Assembly (NCBI GenBank): GCA_044225365.1 | Contig: JBGAIQ010000002.1 | Location: 32,001-96,000 of the forward strand | Reading direction: 5' to 3' | DNA length: 64,000 nucleotides | From: Planctomycetota bacterium | GTDB taxonomy: Bacteria > Planctomycetota > B15-G4 > JADJEK01 | In this document: positions 19,983-29,239 of the stretch, one piece after another | Layout of the letters: each line of letters starts with the position of its first letter | Numbering within the stretch: position 1 is the stretch's first letter | Position numbers and translations under genes: made by a program | Notes under the pieces: generated by a model | What the model was told of the DNA's origin: nothing | Databases searched by the model: none | Seen by the model: only the letters and a program-made list of their open reading frames with translations

Positions 19983-20068
19983 GGGTGCCTCCTTTTGCGA
20001 TTCGATGACGAACAGCGCAAATGGGGGACCGGATCGATGCGTCGACCCAGGAAGCAGGCCGTTCGCGG

Positions 20069-20725
20069 TCAGCCGTAGCGGTCGAGCGAGCGGAGGTGTT
20101 CTTCGAACTCGGCGAGGGACCCGGCGCGGGTCGCGGCTTCGAACAGCGAGTCGAGCGACTCACTGTCGTTGGCCTTGCGAACGCTCGCGATCGCCGCCGC
20201 GCTTGCTGCGCCGAATCGGTTTTCGATCACGCGCTCGATGACTCGGCGCAAGGTCTCGACGCGTCCCTCGACGCGTCCTTCTTTCCGACCTTCTTCGACC
20301 AGGCTTTCGAGGAGATTGCGTGCCATGGGTTCCGCCTTGCGTCCAAGACGCTCACCGAGTTTCGCCGCGAATGCACGAGGATCGGTCCTGGGTTCGAGGA
20401 ACGACAAAGTGTACCGCCAGAGGGGCCTTGCGGCCCGGCCCGCCTCGTCGTTCTCGATCACCGCGCCCACCCAGGTCGACTCGGCGAGCAAGCGTTCTGC
20501 GAAACAAGGACGTCGCGAACACTTCAGCGGCCAGAGCCCGCATCCCGACGCGTTGTCGCGCTCGTGAATGCGACGAAGATCGAGGTCGGGCGTCGTACCG
20601 AGATCGACGAACACGACCGGAAACGTCGGCATCCATGCCTCGAGCGAGCACTTGAATGCCGGGTCTACCGCGAACGAACCGCGCAGATCCGTTTCGACCT
20701 TGTTGCTGGAAGGTCCGTGCTGCGC
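20069..20725 (-). pseudogene. Truncated Rpn/YhgA-like (recombination-promoting nuclease) gene, C-terminal half only
   Basis: HG..DL..F...WMPTFPVVFVDL and LVEEGRKEGRVEGRVETL...ENRFG...SLAEF tail typical of Rpn/DUF4351; no PD-(D/E)XK N-terminal domain recognisable upstream in any frame. Confidence 0.65.
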
Positions 20726-21128
20726 GTGAAGAGATCCAGGTTCGTGAAGGGGTCGGGGATTGCAATGGGGGCCTCGACCGACGAAACGCAGCCATGGCGC
20801 AAGGGTGATGAACCGGGGACGAAATCGATGAAGACCCACGGTGCGACGAGTTCGACCGCTCGAGTCGCAAGAGCGAGGAGAGCGCGCACGCCCGCGTTTC
20901 GCTTGGAGTTGGAGTGGTCGGCGTGTCGAACTCGGCGATGGATCGGGGAGCATCGACCCGGCGCCCCTGCCGCGTCGAGATCCGTGCGGGTGAGCGATCG
21001 TGCGTCCCATCGGAGTCACCGGGCGCTCGCGAAAGGCGTCGTGCAAGCGAACGGGCGCGCTCGAGCGCGCCCGTTCGACGATCCTCACGCGGCTTGCGAG
21101 AGGAGCTTGCGGCGGGGATTTCCCGTCG

Positions 21129-22151
21129 TCACTTCACCACGCGGCAGGAGCCGCCGTGCTTCGCGTGATAGTCCTGGTGATACTCCTCGGCGGGCCAGAA
21201 CGTCTCGCCCGGAGCATTCACCTGAGTCACGATCTTGCTGCCCTTGAACTCGTCGGTCTCGGAGAGTTCGGCGATGTACGCCAGCGCTTCCTTCTGCTGC
21301 GCTTCGGAGGATGCGAAGATCGCAGAGCGGTACTGATCGCCGAAATCGGGACCCTGGCGATTCAGCGTCGTCGGATCGTGGTTCTTGAAGAACGTGACGA
21401 GCAGATCGTGATAGCTCGTGCGAGCGGGGTCGAAGACGACCTTCACGGTCTCGGCATGGCCCGTGCCGTGTCCGCAGACGTCCTGATACGTCGGCTTCTT
21501 CGTCTTGCCGCCCATGTATCCCGACTCGGCATCGATGACGCCAGGGATCTGGGCGAAGACGTCCTCGACCCCCCAGAAGCAGCCGCCGGCGAAGTACGCG
21601 GTCTCCGACTTGACGGGCTGCGATTCCGGCGGGAGGGGCTGGCCGTCCTCGACGAACGAGAGGGCTTCGCCGTTCATGCAGAAGCGCAGGCCCGTGGGAC
21701 GCGGTCCGTCGTCGAAGACGTGACCGAGGTGCGAAGAACATCGCGCGCAGCGGGTCTCGACTCGCGCCATGCCGAGGCTGTCGTCCTCGACGTGTCCCAC
21801 GTGATCGGGATCGAAGGGCTGGAAGAACGACGGCCAGCCCGTACCGGAATCGAACTTGGCGTCCGACTTGAAGAGCGGCAGACCGCAGACGACGCAGGTG
21901 TAGATGCCGTTCTTGTGGTTGTCGACGAGCCCACCGCAGAACGGGCGTTCGGTGCCGGAGTCCTGGGTGATCTCGTACTGCTTGGGGGTGAGTTTCTTGG
22001 CGAGTTCGGCGACGCGGGCCTTGGAGAGCGGAGTGACGTCGTAGCCGGACTTGGAGTAGTGGGGACCGCGCACGGGAGTGTCCTCCTTCGGTTGCTGCGG
22101 ATCACAGGCGGGAGTCAACAAGGTCGAAAGTAGCACCAATGTTCGGATCAT
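21129..22151 (-). CDS. msrAB: Bifunctional methionine sulfoxide reductase, MsrB-MsrA order, with probable lipoprotein signal
   Basis: MsrB: GTERPF, CVVC, SGTGWPSF, CARC, HLGHVF, RFCMN; MsrA: AGGCFWG, HAETV, QYRSAIF, AEEYHQDY; N-terminus MIRTLVLLSTLLTPAC. Confidence 0.93.
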   Translation of the reverse strand: MIRTLVLLSTLLTPACDPQQPKEDTPVRGPHYSKSGYDVTPLSKARVAELAKKLTPKQYEITQDSGTERPFCGGLVDNHKNGIYTCVVCGLPLFKSDAKFDSGTGWPSFFQPFDPDHVGHVEDDSLGMARVETRCARCSSHLGHVFDDGPRPTGLRFCMNGEALSFVEDGQPLPPESQPVKSETAYFAGGCFWGVEDVFAQIPGVIDAESGYMGGKTKKPTYQDVCGHGTGHAETVKVVFDPARTSYHDLLVTFFKNHDPTTLNRQGPDFGDQYRSAIFASSEAQQKEALAYIAELSETDEFKGSKIVTQVNAPGETFWPAEEYHQDYHAKHGGSCRVVK

Positions 22152-22269
22152 GGGGAATCCTTCGGCATTCGAGAGCATCTTGGATGCATCGGTCGCGTCC
22201 GGGTTTCGGGCCGAACGAGGATTGTGGGAACCGCAGGGATTTCGGCTCCCCACAGCTTAATCTCTCGGG

Positions 22270-23172
22270 ATGGTGCAATCATCGGCTCCCATCGCATTGA
22301 TCGAAGGCGGCGGATCGTGGTTTCGCTGCTCCGTCGCGACGGAATCGTCGCGAATCGAAGTCGAGCAGACGATTGCGACGACGACCCCCGAGGAGACTCT
22401 CGCAGCGGTCACGGAGTTCTTCGCGCAAAGGTCCAAGAGCTACGCGGCCGTCGGGCTCGCGTGCTTCGGCCCCCTCGACATCGACTCCGACTCGCCGACG
22501 TTCGGGCGCATGCTCGATACGCCGAAGCCGGGGTGGTCGGGTTTCGACGTCACGGGATTCCTGAAGGATCGCCTTCACGCTCCGGTCAGCTTCCATACCG
22601 ACGTGATCGGCGCAGGCCTCGGTGAGTGGGTCGAAGGAGCCGCGCGTGGAGTGCAGTCCCTGCTCTACATCACGGTCGGTACCGGAATCGGCGGCGGCGC
22701 GATCGTGAACGGTGTTCCGGTGAGCGGCCGAATGCACTCCGAACTCGGCCACGTCTCGTTGCGTCGTGAACCCGGCGATCGATTCCCGGGCGTGTGTCCT
22801 TTCCACGGCAATTGTCTCGAGGGCCTCGCGTCCGGTCCTTCGATCAGCAAGCGTGCAATGAAGAAAGCGGAGACGCTGCCGCTCGATCATCCGGTGCTCG
22901 TGCGCGCGACGGGCTACCTGGCGCAGGCGATCGCGAACTTCGTTCTCACGCTCGCTCCGGACGTGGTCGTCATGGGCGGCGGCGTGATGCGCGGAGGCGA
23001 GATGCTGCAGCCGATTCGAACGCGGATCCACGAACACCTGCGGGACTATTTGCCGCGATTCAAGTCCGAAGCGGCGATCGAGCAACTCGTCGTGGGGCCG
23101 GCACTCGCGGAACGATCGGCTCTGGTCGGCGCTCGCGAACTCGTCACGCGGGGCCAGATCGTTCGTCGCTGA
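22270..23172 (+). CDS. ROK family sugar kinase (fructokinase-like)
   Basis: IEGGG, CFGP, TPKPGW, YITVGTGIGGG, HSELGH, CPFHGNCLEGLASG. Confidence 0.88.
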   Translation: MVQSSAPIALIEGGGSWFRCSVATESSRIEVEQTIATTTPEETLAAVTEFFAQRSKSYAAVGLACFGPLDIDSDSPTFGRMLDTPKPGWSGFDVTGFLKDRLHAPVSFHTDVIGAGLGEWVEGAARGVQSLLYITVGTGIGGGAIVNGVPVSGRMHSELGHVSLRREPGDRFPGVCPFHGNCLEGLASGPSISKRAMKKAETLPLDHPVLVRATGYLAQAIANFVLTLAPDVVVMGGGVMRGGEMLQPIRTRIHEHLRDYLPRFKSEAAIEQLVVGPALAERSALVGARELVTRGQIVRR

Positions 23173-24508
23173 TCGACCCGGGTGCGCGCAAGAGTACGAG
23201 GTGCTCGTGACGCCGCCCGCGCGCGAGGCGGTAGGTCGACGGACGCTCCTCGGATGCGGCGGCGACGAAGTCGAGGCCCGCCGCGGCAGCGCAGGCGGTC
23301 GTGAGCTCGAGTCCGTCGATGAAACGATCGCGGACGGCGGAATCGCCGACGATGAGGACGACGTTGCCGCCGGGCTTGGCGATCCGCCGCATCTCGCGCA
23401 GCGCGGCGGAGAAGTCGCTGCGGAATTCGTCGATCGCCGCGCCAGGATGGCGCTCGCGCGAAGTGCTGCGCGATCCGAGTTCGTGCGCCTTCGCCGCGGT
23501 GAGATCGATCGCGAACATCGTCGCACGGAGCGCCTGGATGCCCGCGTAGTCGTAGGTCCCGAGATATGGCGGCGACGAAACGACGAGCTTCGCGCAACCG
23601 CTCGAGAGCGGCAGGTTCCGAGCGTCGGCCATCGCGACGACGGGCTCCTTCGAACCCTGCGGCGTGACCCGACACAATTCGGCGATGCCCTTTCCGAACT
23701 CCTCGGCGCGATCGCGATAGAACCGCGCCGGCGCACCGCGCGGGACGCGCCCGACGCGTTGGAATTCGACCGTCTCCGCGCTCTTCTGCGACATGCGGAT
23801 CGCGATCGAGGAGAGCACCATCTCGAGGACGAATCGACGCGTGGTCTCGGGCTCGCGCGCGATCGCATCGCGCAGGGTGCGCAGTTCGGCGAGCACGTCG
23901 CGCGGGAACCAGTGCTCGACGGAATCGAGTGCGGCTTCGCCCTCCGCATCCCGTCGCGCGTTCCGCTCGGCGTAGTACTTGGCGTAGGAGAAGGGCTCCT
24001 TCTCGTCGTCCTCTTCGTCGTCCTCCACGAGCTCGCCTTCGCGCGAGAGTTTCAGCACGAAAGTGCCGAGCTTGGCGGCCGTCGCTTCCATCGTGCGCCG
24101 CTCGTCACCGGGCAGGCGCAGGGTCTTCACGCGCGCGATGCGCGCCGCGATCGGATTCACGTCGCCGCCGAAGGCGCGCCGGCCTGCAGCCAGCGCCTCG
24201 ACGAGCACCGTTCCGCTGCCGACGAAGGGATCGACGACGAGATCGCCCACGCCCGAAAACGAAGCGATCAGCGATCGCACGACGTGGGGATGGACCCGTG
24301 CGGGATAGGCGTGCAATCCGTGCGTCAGTTCGCGAGCTTCACCGCGGCCCGCACGCCACGCCGCCGCGAGTTTGCCGGCCTCGACGGCCGAGCCCTTCGT
24401 CTCGATCTTGCCCGTCGATTGCGAGACGGCGCGGCGTTGCTTCTGCGCCTGCTTCACTCGCTCCCGGCGGCGGCGATTCCTCTCGCCGCTGCGTTCATCG
24501 GCCGCCAT
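23144..24508 (-). CDS. Amino (probably N4-cytosine) DNA methyltransferase, orphan
   Basis: HGLHAYPA (motif X), DPFVGSGT (motif I), VSSPPY (motif IV) in alpha-type order. Confidence 0.8.
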   Translation of the reverse strand: MAADERSGERNRRRRERVKQAQKQRRAVSQSTGKIETKGSAVEAGKLAAAWRAGRGEARELTHGLHAYPARVHPHVVRSLIASFSGVGDLVVDPFVGSGTVLVEALAAGRRAFGGDVNPIAARIARVKTLRLPGDERRTMEATAAKLGTFVLKLSREGELVEDDEEDDEKEPFSYAKYYAERNARRDAEGEAALDSVEHWFPRDVLAELRTLRDAIAREPETTRRFVLEMVLSSIAIRMSQKSAETVEFQRVGRVPRGAPARFYRDRAEEFGKGIAELCRVTPQGSKEPVVAMADARNLPLSSGCAKLVVSSPPYLGTYDYAGIQALRATMFAIDLTAAKAHELGSRSTSRERHPGAAIDEFRSDFSAALREMRRIAKPGGNVVLIVGDSAVRDRFIDGLELTTACAAAAGLDFVAAASEERPSTYRLARGRRHEHLVLLRAPGSISDERSGPA

Positions 24509-25873
24509 TCAACCCCGATTCCGTTCGGTGCTCGGCGGCGCGCTGCGCTCGTTCTTGCGGATGTCCTCGAGGCTCTGCAATGTGATCTTCGCGGAGAGCG
24601 TGCCGGCATCGCGTACGTACTCGATCACGACGCCGTCGCCCGGCTGATGGGAGTCGAGGATGCGATAGAGATCGTCGAAGTTGTGAATGCGCTCGCCATC
24701 GATCGCGACGATCACGTCGCCCTTGCCGTGGTAGATGAGACTCTCGGGTTCCATGCTCCCTCGCAGCCCCGCGACTTGCGCCGGGCTGTTGGGGACGACG
24801 TAGCCTACCATGACGCCGTCGATCCGGTTGTTCAGCTCCGATTGGACCTTGATCCCGAGCCCGGCCTTCTCGGGCCGACCGCGCGTGATGAGATCGGGCA
24901 CGATCTTGTTGACGACATCGACGGGGATCGCGAAGCCGATGCCCGCATTGCCGCCGTTCTCGGCGACGATCGCCGTCGTCACGCCGATGAGTCGGCCGGC
25001 CGAATCGAGCAGGGGCCCGCCCGAGTTGCCGAAGTTGATCGCGGCATCGGTCTGGATGACGTCCTGGATGATGTTGCGCGAACCCGTCCCCGAGCGAATC
25101 GTCCGTCCGAGCGCGGAGACGAGCCCGCCCGTCAGCGTCGACGACAGTCCGAACGGGTTGCCGATCGAGAACACGCGTTGTCCCACTCGCAGGTCGCGAC
25201 TCTCACCGACGAGGATGGGGGAGAGGTGAGAAGCGGGAGCTTCGATCTTCAGGACCGCGAGATCCTTGTCCTCGTCGAACCCGATGATGTGCGCCGACCA
25301 GTCCGTGAGGTCCTGAAGCCGAACCATCAGATCGAAGTGGCCCTCGACGACGTGGTAGTTCGTGACGATGTGTCCCGCGTCGTCCCAGACGATTCCGGAG
25401 CCGCTGTCCCAGGCGAAGGCGCTCTCGAGCGCGTCGTTCTCGAGCTTGATCGACTTGCCGGTCGTCGGGCTCGGTAGCACCAGTTCGCCCGGCTTCACCT
25501 GCCACGATTGACGCAACTTCTCGATCGCGTCGGGAGCGAGGTTGAGCGAGACGTTGAGGCCCGGCACCGCGATCTGGTCGCGCAAGTGGCTCGCCGCGAT
25601 GAAGGCCACCGACTTCGACGCGCGATCGAACAGTTCGACGACCGACTGCTCGTCGGCGGGCAACGGCGTCGAGCGCGGCGACACTTCGCGCGGCTTGCTC
25701 GAATCGACGTGATGAAGACCCTGGAAGTTGAGGCAGTCGGGCGCGAAGAGTGCGCCCGCGAAGAAGCCCATGACCGCGATCACGAGCAACGGGAGCCATC
25801 GTCGAGGGCGCCCATGCGGCCCATGCGACCCATGCAAGGGCGGACCGTGCATGCCAAGCGATGCAGAGTTCAT
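24509..25873 (-). CDS. HtrA/Deg-like trypsin serine protease with one PDZ domain
   Basis: GSGIVWD, VTNYHV (His), DKDLAVLK (Asp), TDAAINFGNSGGPL (Ser); N-terminal TM; C-terminal PDZ (GDVIVAIDG). Confidence 0.92.
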   Translation of the reverse strand: MNSASLGMHGPPLHGSHGPHGRPRRWLPLLVIAVMGFFAGALFAPDCLNFQGLHHVDSSKPREVSPRSTPLPADEQSVVELFDRASKSVAFIAASHLRDQIAVPGLNVSLNLAPDAIEKLRQSWQVKPGELVLPSPTTGKSIKLENDALESAFAWDSGSGIVWDDAGHIVTNYHVVEGHFDLMVRLQDLTDWSAHIIGFDEDKDLAVLKIEAPASHLSPILVGESRDLRVGQRVFSIGNPFGLSSTLTGGLVSALGRTIRSGTGSRNIIQDVIQTDAAINFGNSGGPLLDSAGRLIGVTTAIVAENGGNAGIGFAIPVDVVNKIVPDLITRGRPEKAGLGIKVQSELNNRIDGVMVGYVVPNSPAQVAGLRGSMEPESLIYHGKGDVIVAIDGERIHNFDDLYRILDSHQPGDGVVIEYVRDAGTLSAKITLQSLEDIRKNERSAPPSTERNRG

Positions 25874-26159
25874 CGATCCTCGTCCCGGCAGGGGCCCACC
25901 ACCGGCGCGCACAGTGTACTCGACCGAATCGCGTTCGGCACGAATAGCAGGATTACTGCTCCCCAGTAACTGGGGATAACCGGGGCCGGCTAGCGGCGCG
26001 AGACGGGGCAGCGAACACCCAACTCGAAAAATGATCGGAGTTTCCAAGCGAAATCCGACCTGGGCACGCGTCCCGAGCCGGGTGCTTGCATTCGATCCAT
26101 CCTGTACCCTGGCGAGATCGCGAACTCGGTCCCCTTCCGTCCCTTTCATGGGTAGAGCG

Positions 26160-27395
26160 ATGCACCGAACCCGACTCGCCCTCGAAGGGCATCTCATCGA
26201 CAGCGGACTGCTCGCGCGCTGCTTCGCCACCGTGATCGAAGGCGGAGGGAGCTACGAGGTCCTCGAATTCCACGTCGGCCGCACGAAGCGCGAGTATTCC
26301 CGGGTGCACCTCCAGGTGAGCGCAGGAGAGCGCGCGACGCAGAGTCGGATCGTCGCGAATCTCGTCGCGCTCGGTTGCAGCGTGCCCGCACCCCTGCCAG
26401 TTGCGCTCGAGCGAGTGACGAAGGACGGTGTCGCGCCCGTACACTTCTATGCGAGCACCCATCATCCCACCGAGATCCGAGTGGCGGATCGTTGGATCAA
26501 GGTCCGCGATCAGCGGATGGACGGCGTGATCGTCGTCGACGGACGGCGCGCCCGGTGCGTCCTCATTCGCGGCTTGAAGAAGGGCGATCGCGTCGTTTGC
26601 GGCGTCGAAGGCGTCCGCACGACGCAGCCGTTCCAGGAGAAGAAGGCCGAGTCGTTCGCGTTCATGAAGTCCGAGGCGTCGAGCGAGCGCGCGGTCGAGG
26701 TGAAGGCGAAGGAGGTCGCGCGTCTCGTCCGCGAGGCGAAGGATCGCGGACAGAAGATCGTGTTCGTTCCGGGCCCGGTCGTCGTCCACACCGGCGGAGC
26801 GGACGCGCTGTGCAATCTCGTGCGGCGCGGCTGGGTCGATGCCGTTCTCTCCGGGAATGCGCTCGCCGTCCACGACATCGAACGGGCGCTCTATGGCACG
26901 TCGCTCGGCGTCGACGTGAAGCGAGGGATTCCGACGGCGGAAGGTCACATGCATCACCTGCGCGCGATCAACGAGATCCGCCGCTGTGGGTCGATCGAGA
27001 AAGCAGTGAAGGCCGGCGTCGTGAAGTCCGGCGTCATGCATGCGCTCGTGCGCGCGAAGGTGCCCTTCGTGCTCGCGGGTTCGATCCGCGACGACGGCCC
27101 CTTGCCGGACACCGAGATGGATCTGCTCGTCGCGCAGAAGCGCTACGCGGAGCAGTTGAAGGGCGCCGGGATCGTGATCGTGCTGGCTTCGATGCTGCAC
27201 GGCATCGGTGTCGGCAACATGACGGCCTCACAGGTGCCGATCGTCTGCGTCGATATCCATTCGAGCGTGGTGACGAAGCTCGCGGACCGCGGCTCCGCGC
27301 AGGCGATCGGCATCGTCACCGACGTCTCGGCCTTCTTGCATCGGCTCGACGTCGAGCTGCGAGGGCGGGCCAAGATTCAGCGAGGTAAGCGATGA
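26160..27395 (+). CDS. TIGR00300 family protein (LOR/SDH-region ornithine cyclodeaminase-like; AgrE/ArgZ C-terminal type)
   Basis: LEGHLIDS, FYASTHHPT, FAFMKSEASSER, GPVVVHTG, GNALAVHDIE, LAGSIRDDGPLPD, KLADRGS. Confidence 0.88.
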   Translation: MHRTRLALEGHLIDSGLLARCFATVIEGGGSYEVLEFHVGRTKREYSRVHLQVSAGERATQSRIVANLVALGCSVPAPLPVALERVTKDGVAPVHFYASTHHPTEIRVADRWIKVRDQRMDGVIVVDGRRARCVLIRGLKKGDRVVCGVEGVRTTQPFQEKKAESFAFMKSEASSERAVEVKAKEVARLVREAKDRGQKIVFVPGPVVVHTGGADALCNLVRRGWVDAVLSGNALAVHDIERALYGTSLGVDVKRGIPTAEGHMHHLRAINEIRRCGSIEKAVKAGVVKSGVMHALVRAKVPFVLAGSIRDDGPLPDTEMDLLVAQKRYAEQLKGAGIVIVLASMLHGIGVGNMTASQVPIVCVDIHSSVVTKLADRGSAQAIGIVTDVSAFLHRLDVELRGRAKIQRGKR

Positions 27396-29239
27396 CACGA
27401 CGGATCCCGCTCGAGGACTTCTTTCGCAAGCCGGAGCGTGCGCAGCTTCGACTCTCACCGACGGGGCGCTACCTCGCTTGGCTCGCGCCTCTCTCGACGG
27501 TGCGGCGTCAGAACGTGCACGTTCGCGATCTGACGACGGGCGAGGAGCGCGCGATCACCAACGCGACCGAACGCGACATCGCGGGATTCTGTTTCGTCTC
27601 CGACCGCCGCGTGCTCTTCGTCCAGGACACGGCGGGCGACGAGAACTACCGACTCCATGCCGTCGATGTCGACGGCGCGGATCCGCGTGAACTGACGCCG
27701 TTCCCCAACGTGCAGTGCTCGATCGTCGACGATCTCGAGGACATCGACGACGTCGTCCTCTTCCAGATGAACAAGCGCGACCCCGAGGTCTTCGACGTCT
27801 TTCGACTCGACACGCGAACGGGCGAGATGGAGGAGATCGCGCAGAATCCGGGCAACGTGCAGGCCTGGCTCACGGATCACGAAGGCCGGCTGCGCGTCGC
27901 GACGACAACCGACGGGATCAACACGAGCATCCTCTACCGTGCGACCGAAGCGACGGAATGGCAGGTCGTCGCGACCTACGACTTCAAGGAGTCGGCGACG
28001 CCGCTTGTCTTCACGTTCGACGATCGGCGGCTCTACGTGTCGTCGAACGTCTCGCGCGACAAGGCCGCGATCTTCGAATACGACCCGAGCACGGGCCGCC
28101 ACGAGAAGTTGATCTTCGAGCACCCCGAAGTCGACGTCGCGAACCTCCTCTACTCGAGGAAGCGCAAGGTCGTGACAGGCGTCTCCTTCGAGACCGATCG
28201 ACTGCACTACCACTTCTTCGACGAGCGGCGCGCGAGGATCCAGGCGTTGCTCGACGCCCGACTCCCGGGTCGCGACAACCGCATCACTTCGCACTCGCGG
28301 GACGAGGCGTTCTACGTCGTCTACTCCGGCAGCGACCGCGATCTCGGCACGTACTACGTGCTCGACGTGATGAAGAGCGAGATCACGAAGGTGTTCGACC
28401 TCGCGCCGTGGCTCGATCCCAAGGAACTCGCGCCGATGCGTCCCGTGAAGTACCGCACTCGCGATGGCTTCACGATCTCCGCCTATCTGACGCTGCCGCT
28501 CGATTCGAAACCGGGAGCCTCGAAGTTGCCGGTGGTCGTCAACCCGCACGGCGGGCCGTGGACGCGGGACACGTTCGGATTCCATCCCGAGGCGCAGTTC
28601 CTCGCGAATCGTGGCTTTGCGGTGCTGCAGATGAACTATCGCGGATCCGCGGGCTACGGACGGCGCTTCCTCGAAGCCGGGTTCAAGCAGTGGGGCCGCG
28701 CGATGCAGGACGACATCAGCGACGGCGTGAAATGGCTGATCGCGGAAGGCATCGCCGACCCCGAGCGCGTCGCGATCTACGGCGGGAGCTACGGCGGCTA
28801 CGCGACGCTCGCCGGCATGACGCTCACGCCCGAGCTGTATGCGTGCGGCGTCTCGTACGTCGGGATCTCGAATCTCTTCACCTGGATCGAGTCGTTCCCG
28901 CCGTATTGGAAGCCCTACCTCGAGATGATGCATGAGATGGTGGGGCATCCGGAGAAGGACAAGGCGCAGTACGAGGCGACCTCGCCGCTCTTCCACGTCG
29001 ATCGCATCAAGGCCCCGCTGTTCATCGCACACGGCAAGAACGACCCGCGCGTGAAGCAGGCGGAGTCGGATCAGATCGTCGCCGCTCTGACTTCGCGCGG
29101 CATCGCCGTCGAGTATCTCTTGAAGGAGAACGAAGGGCACGGCTTCCACAACGAGGAGAACCAGTTCGACTTCTATCGGCGGATGGAGGCGTTCCTCGAG
29201 CGGCACCTCCTCGGCCCTCGGACGGGGACGCGTTCATGA
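27392..29239 (+). CDS. S9 family peptidase (dipeptidyl/acylaminoacyl peptidase)
   Basis: N-terminal propeller; PHGGPW, GGSYGG, GKNDPRV, EGHGF. Confidence 0.94.
   Translation: MTRRIPLEDFFRKPERAQLRLSPTGRYLAWLAPLSTVRRQNVHVRDLTTGEERAITNATERDIAGFCFVSDRRVLFVQDTAGDENYRLHAVDVDGADPRELTPFPNVQCSIVDDLEDIDDVVLFQMNKRDPEVFDVFRLDTRTGEMEEIAQNPGNVQAWLTDHEGRLRVATTTDGINTSILYRATEATEWQVVATYDFKESATPLVFTFDDRRLYVSSNVSRDKAAIFEYDPSTGRHEKLIFEHPEVDVANLLYSRKRKVVTGVSFETDRLHYHFFDERRARIQALLDARLPGRDNRITSHSRDEAFYVVYSGSDRDLGTYYVLDVMKSEITKVFDLAPWLDPKELAPMRPVKYRTRDGFTISAYLTLPLDSKPGASKLPVVVNPHGGPWTRDTFGFHPEAQFLANRGFAVLQMNYRGSAGYGRRFLEAGFKQWGRAMQDDISDGVKWLIAEGIADPERVAIYGGSYGGYATLAGMTLTPELYACGVSYVGISNLFTWIESFPPYWKPYLEMMHEMVGHPEKDKAQYEATSPLFHVDRIKAPLFIAHGKNDPRVKQAESDQIVAALTSRGIAVEYLLKENEGHGFHNEENQFDFYRRMEAFLERHLLGPRTGTRS

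Noticed and set aside
20069-21088. 339-aa ORF as an intact transposase or IS element
   Set aside because: The upstream part has no catalytic motif, and no terminal inverted repeats or target duplication were seen
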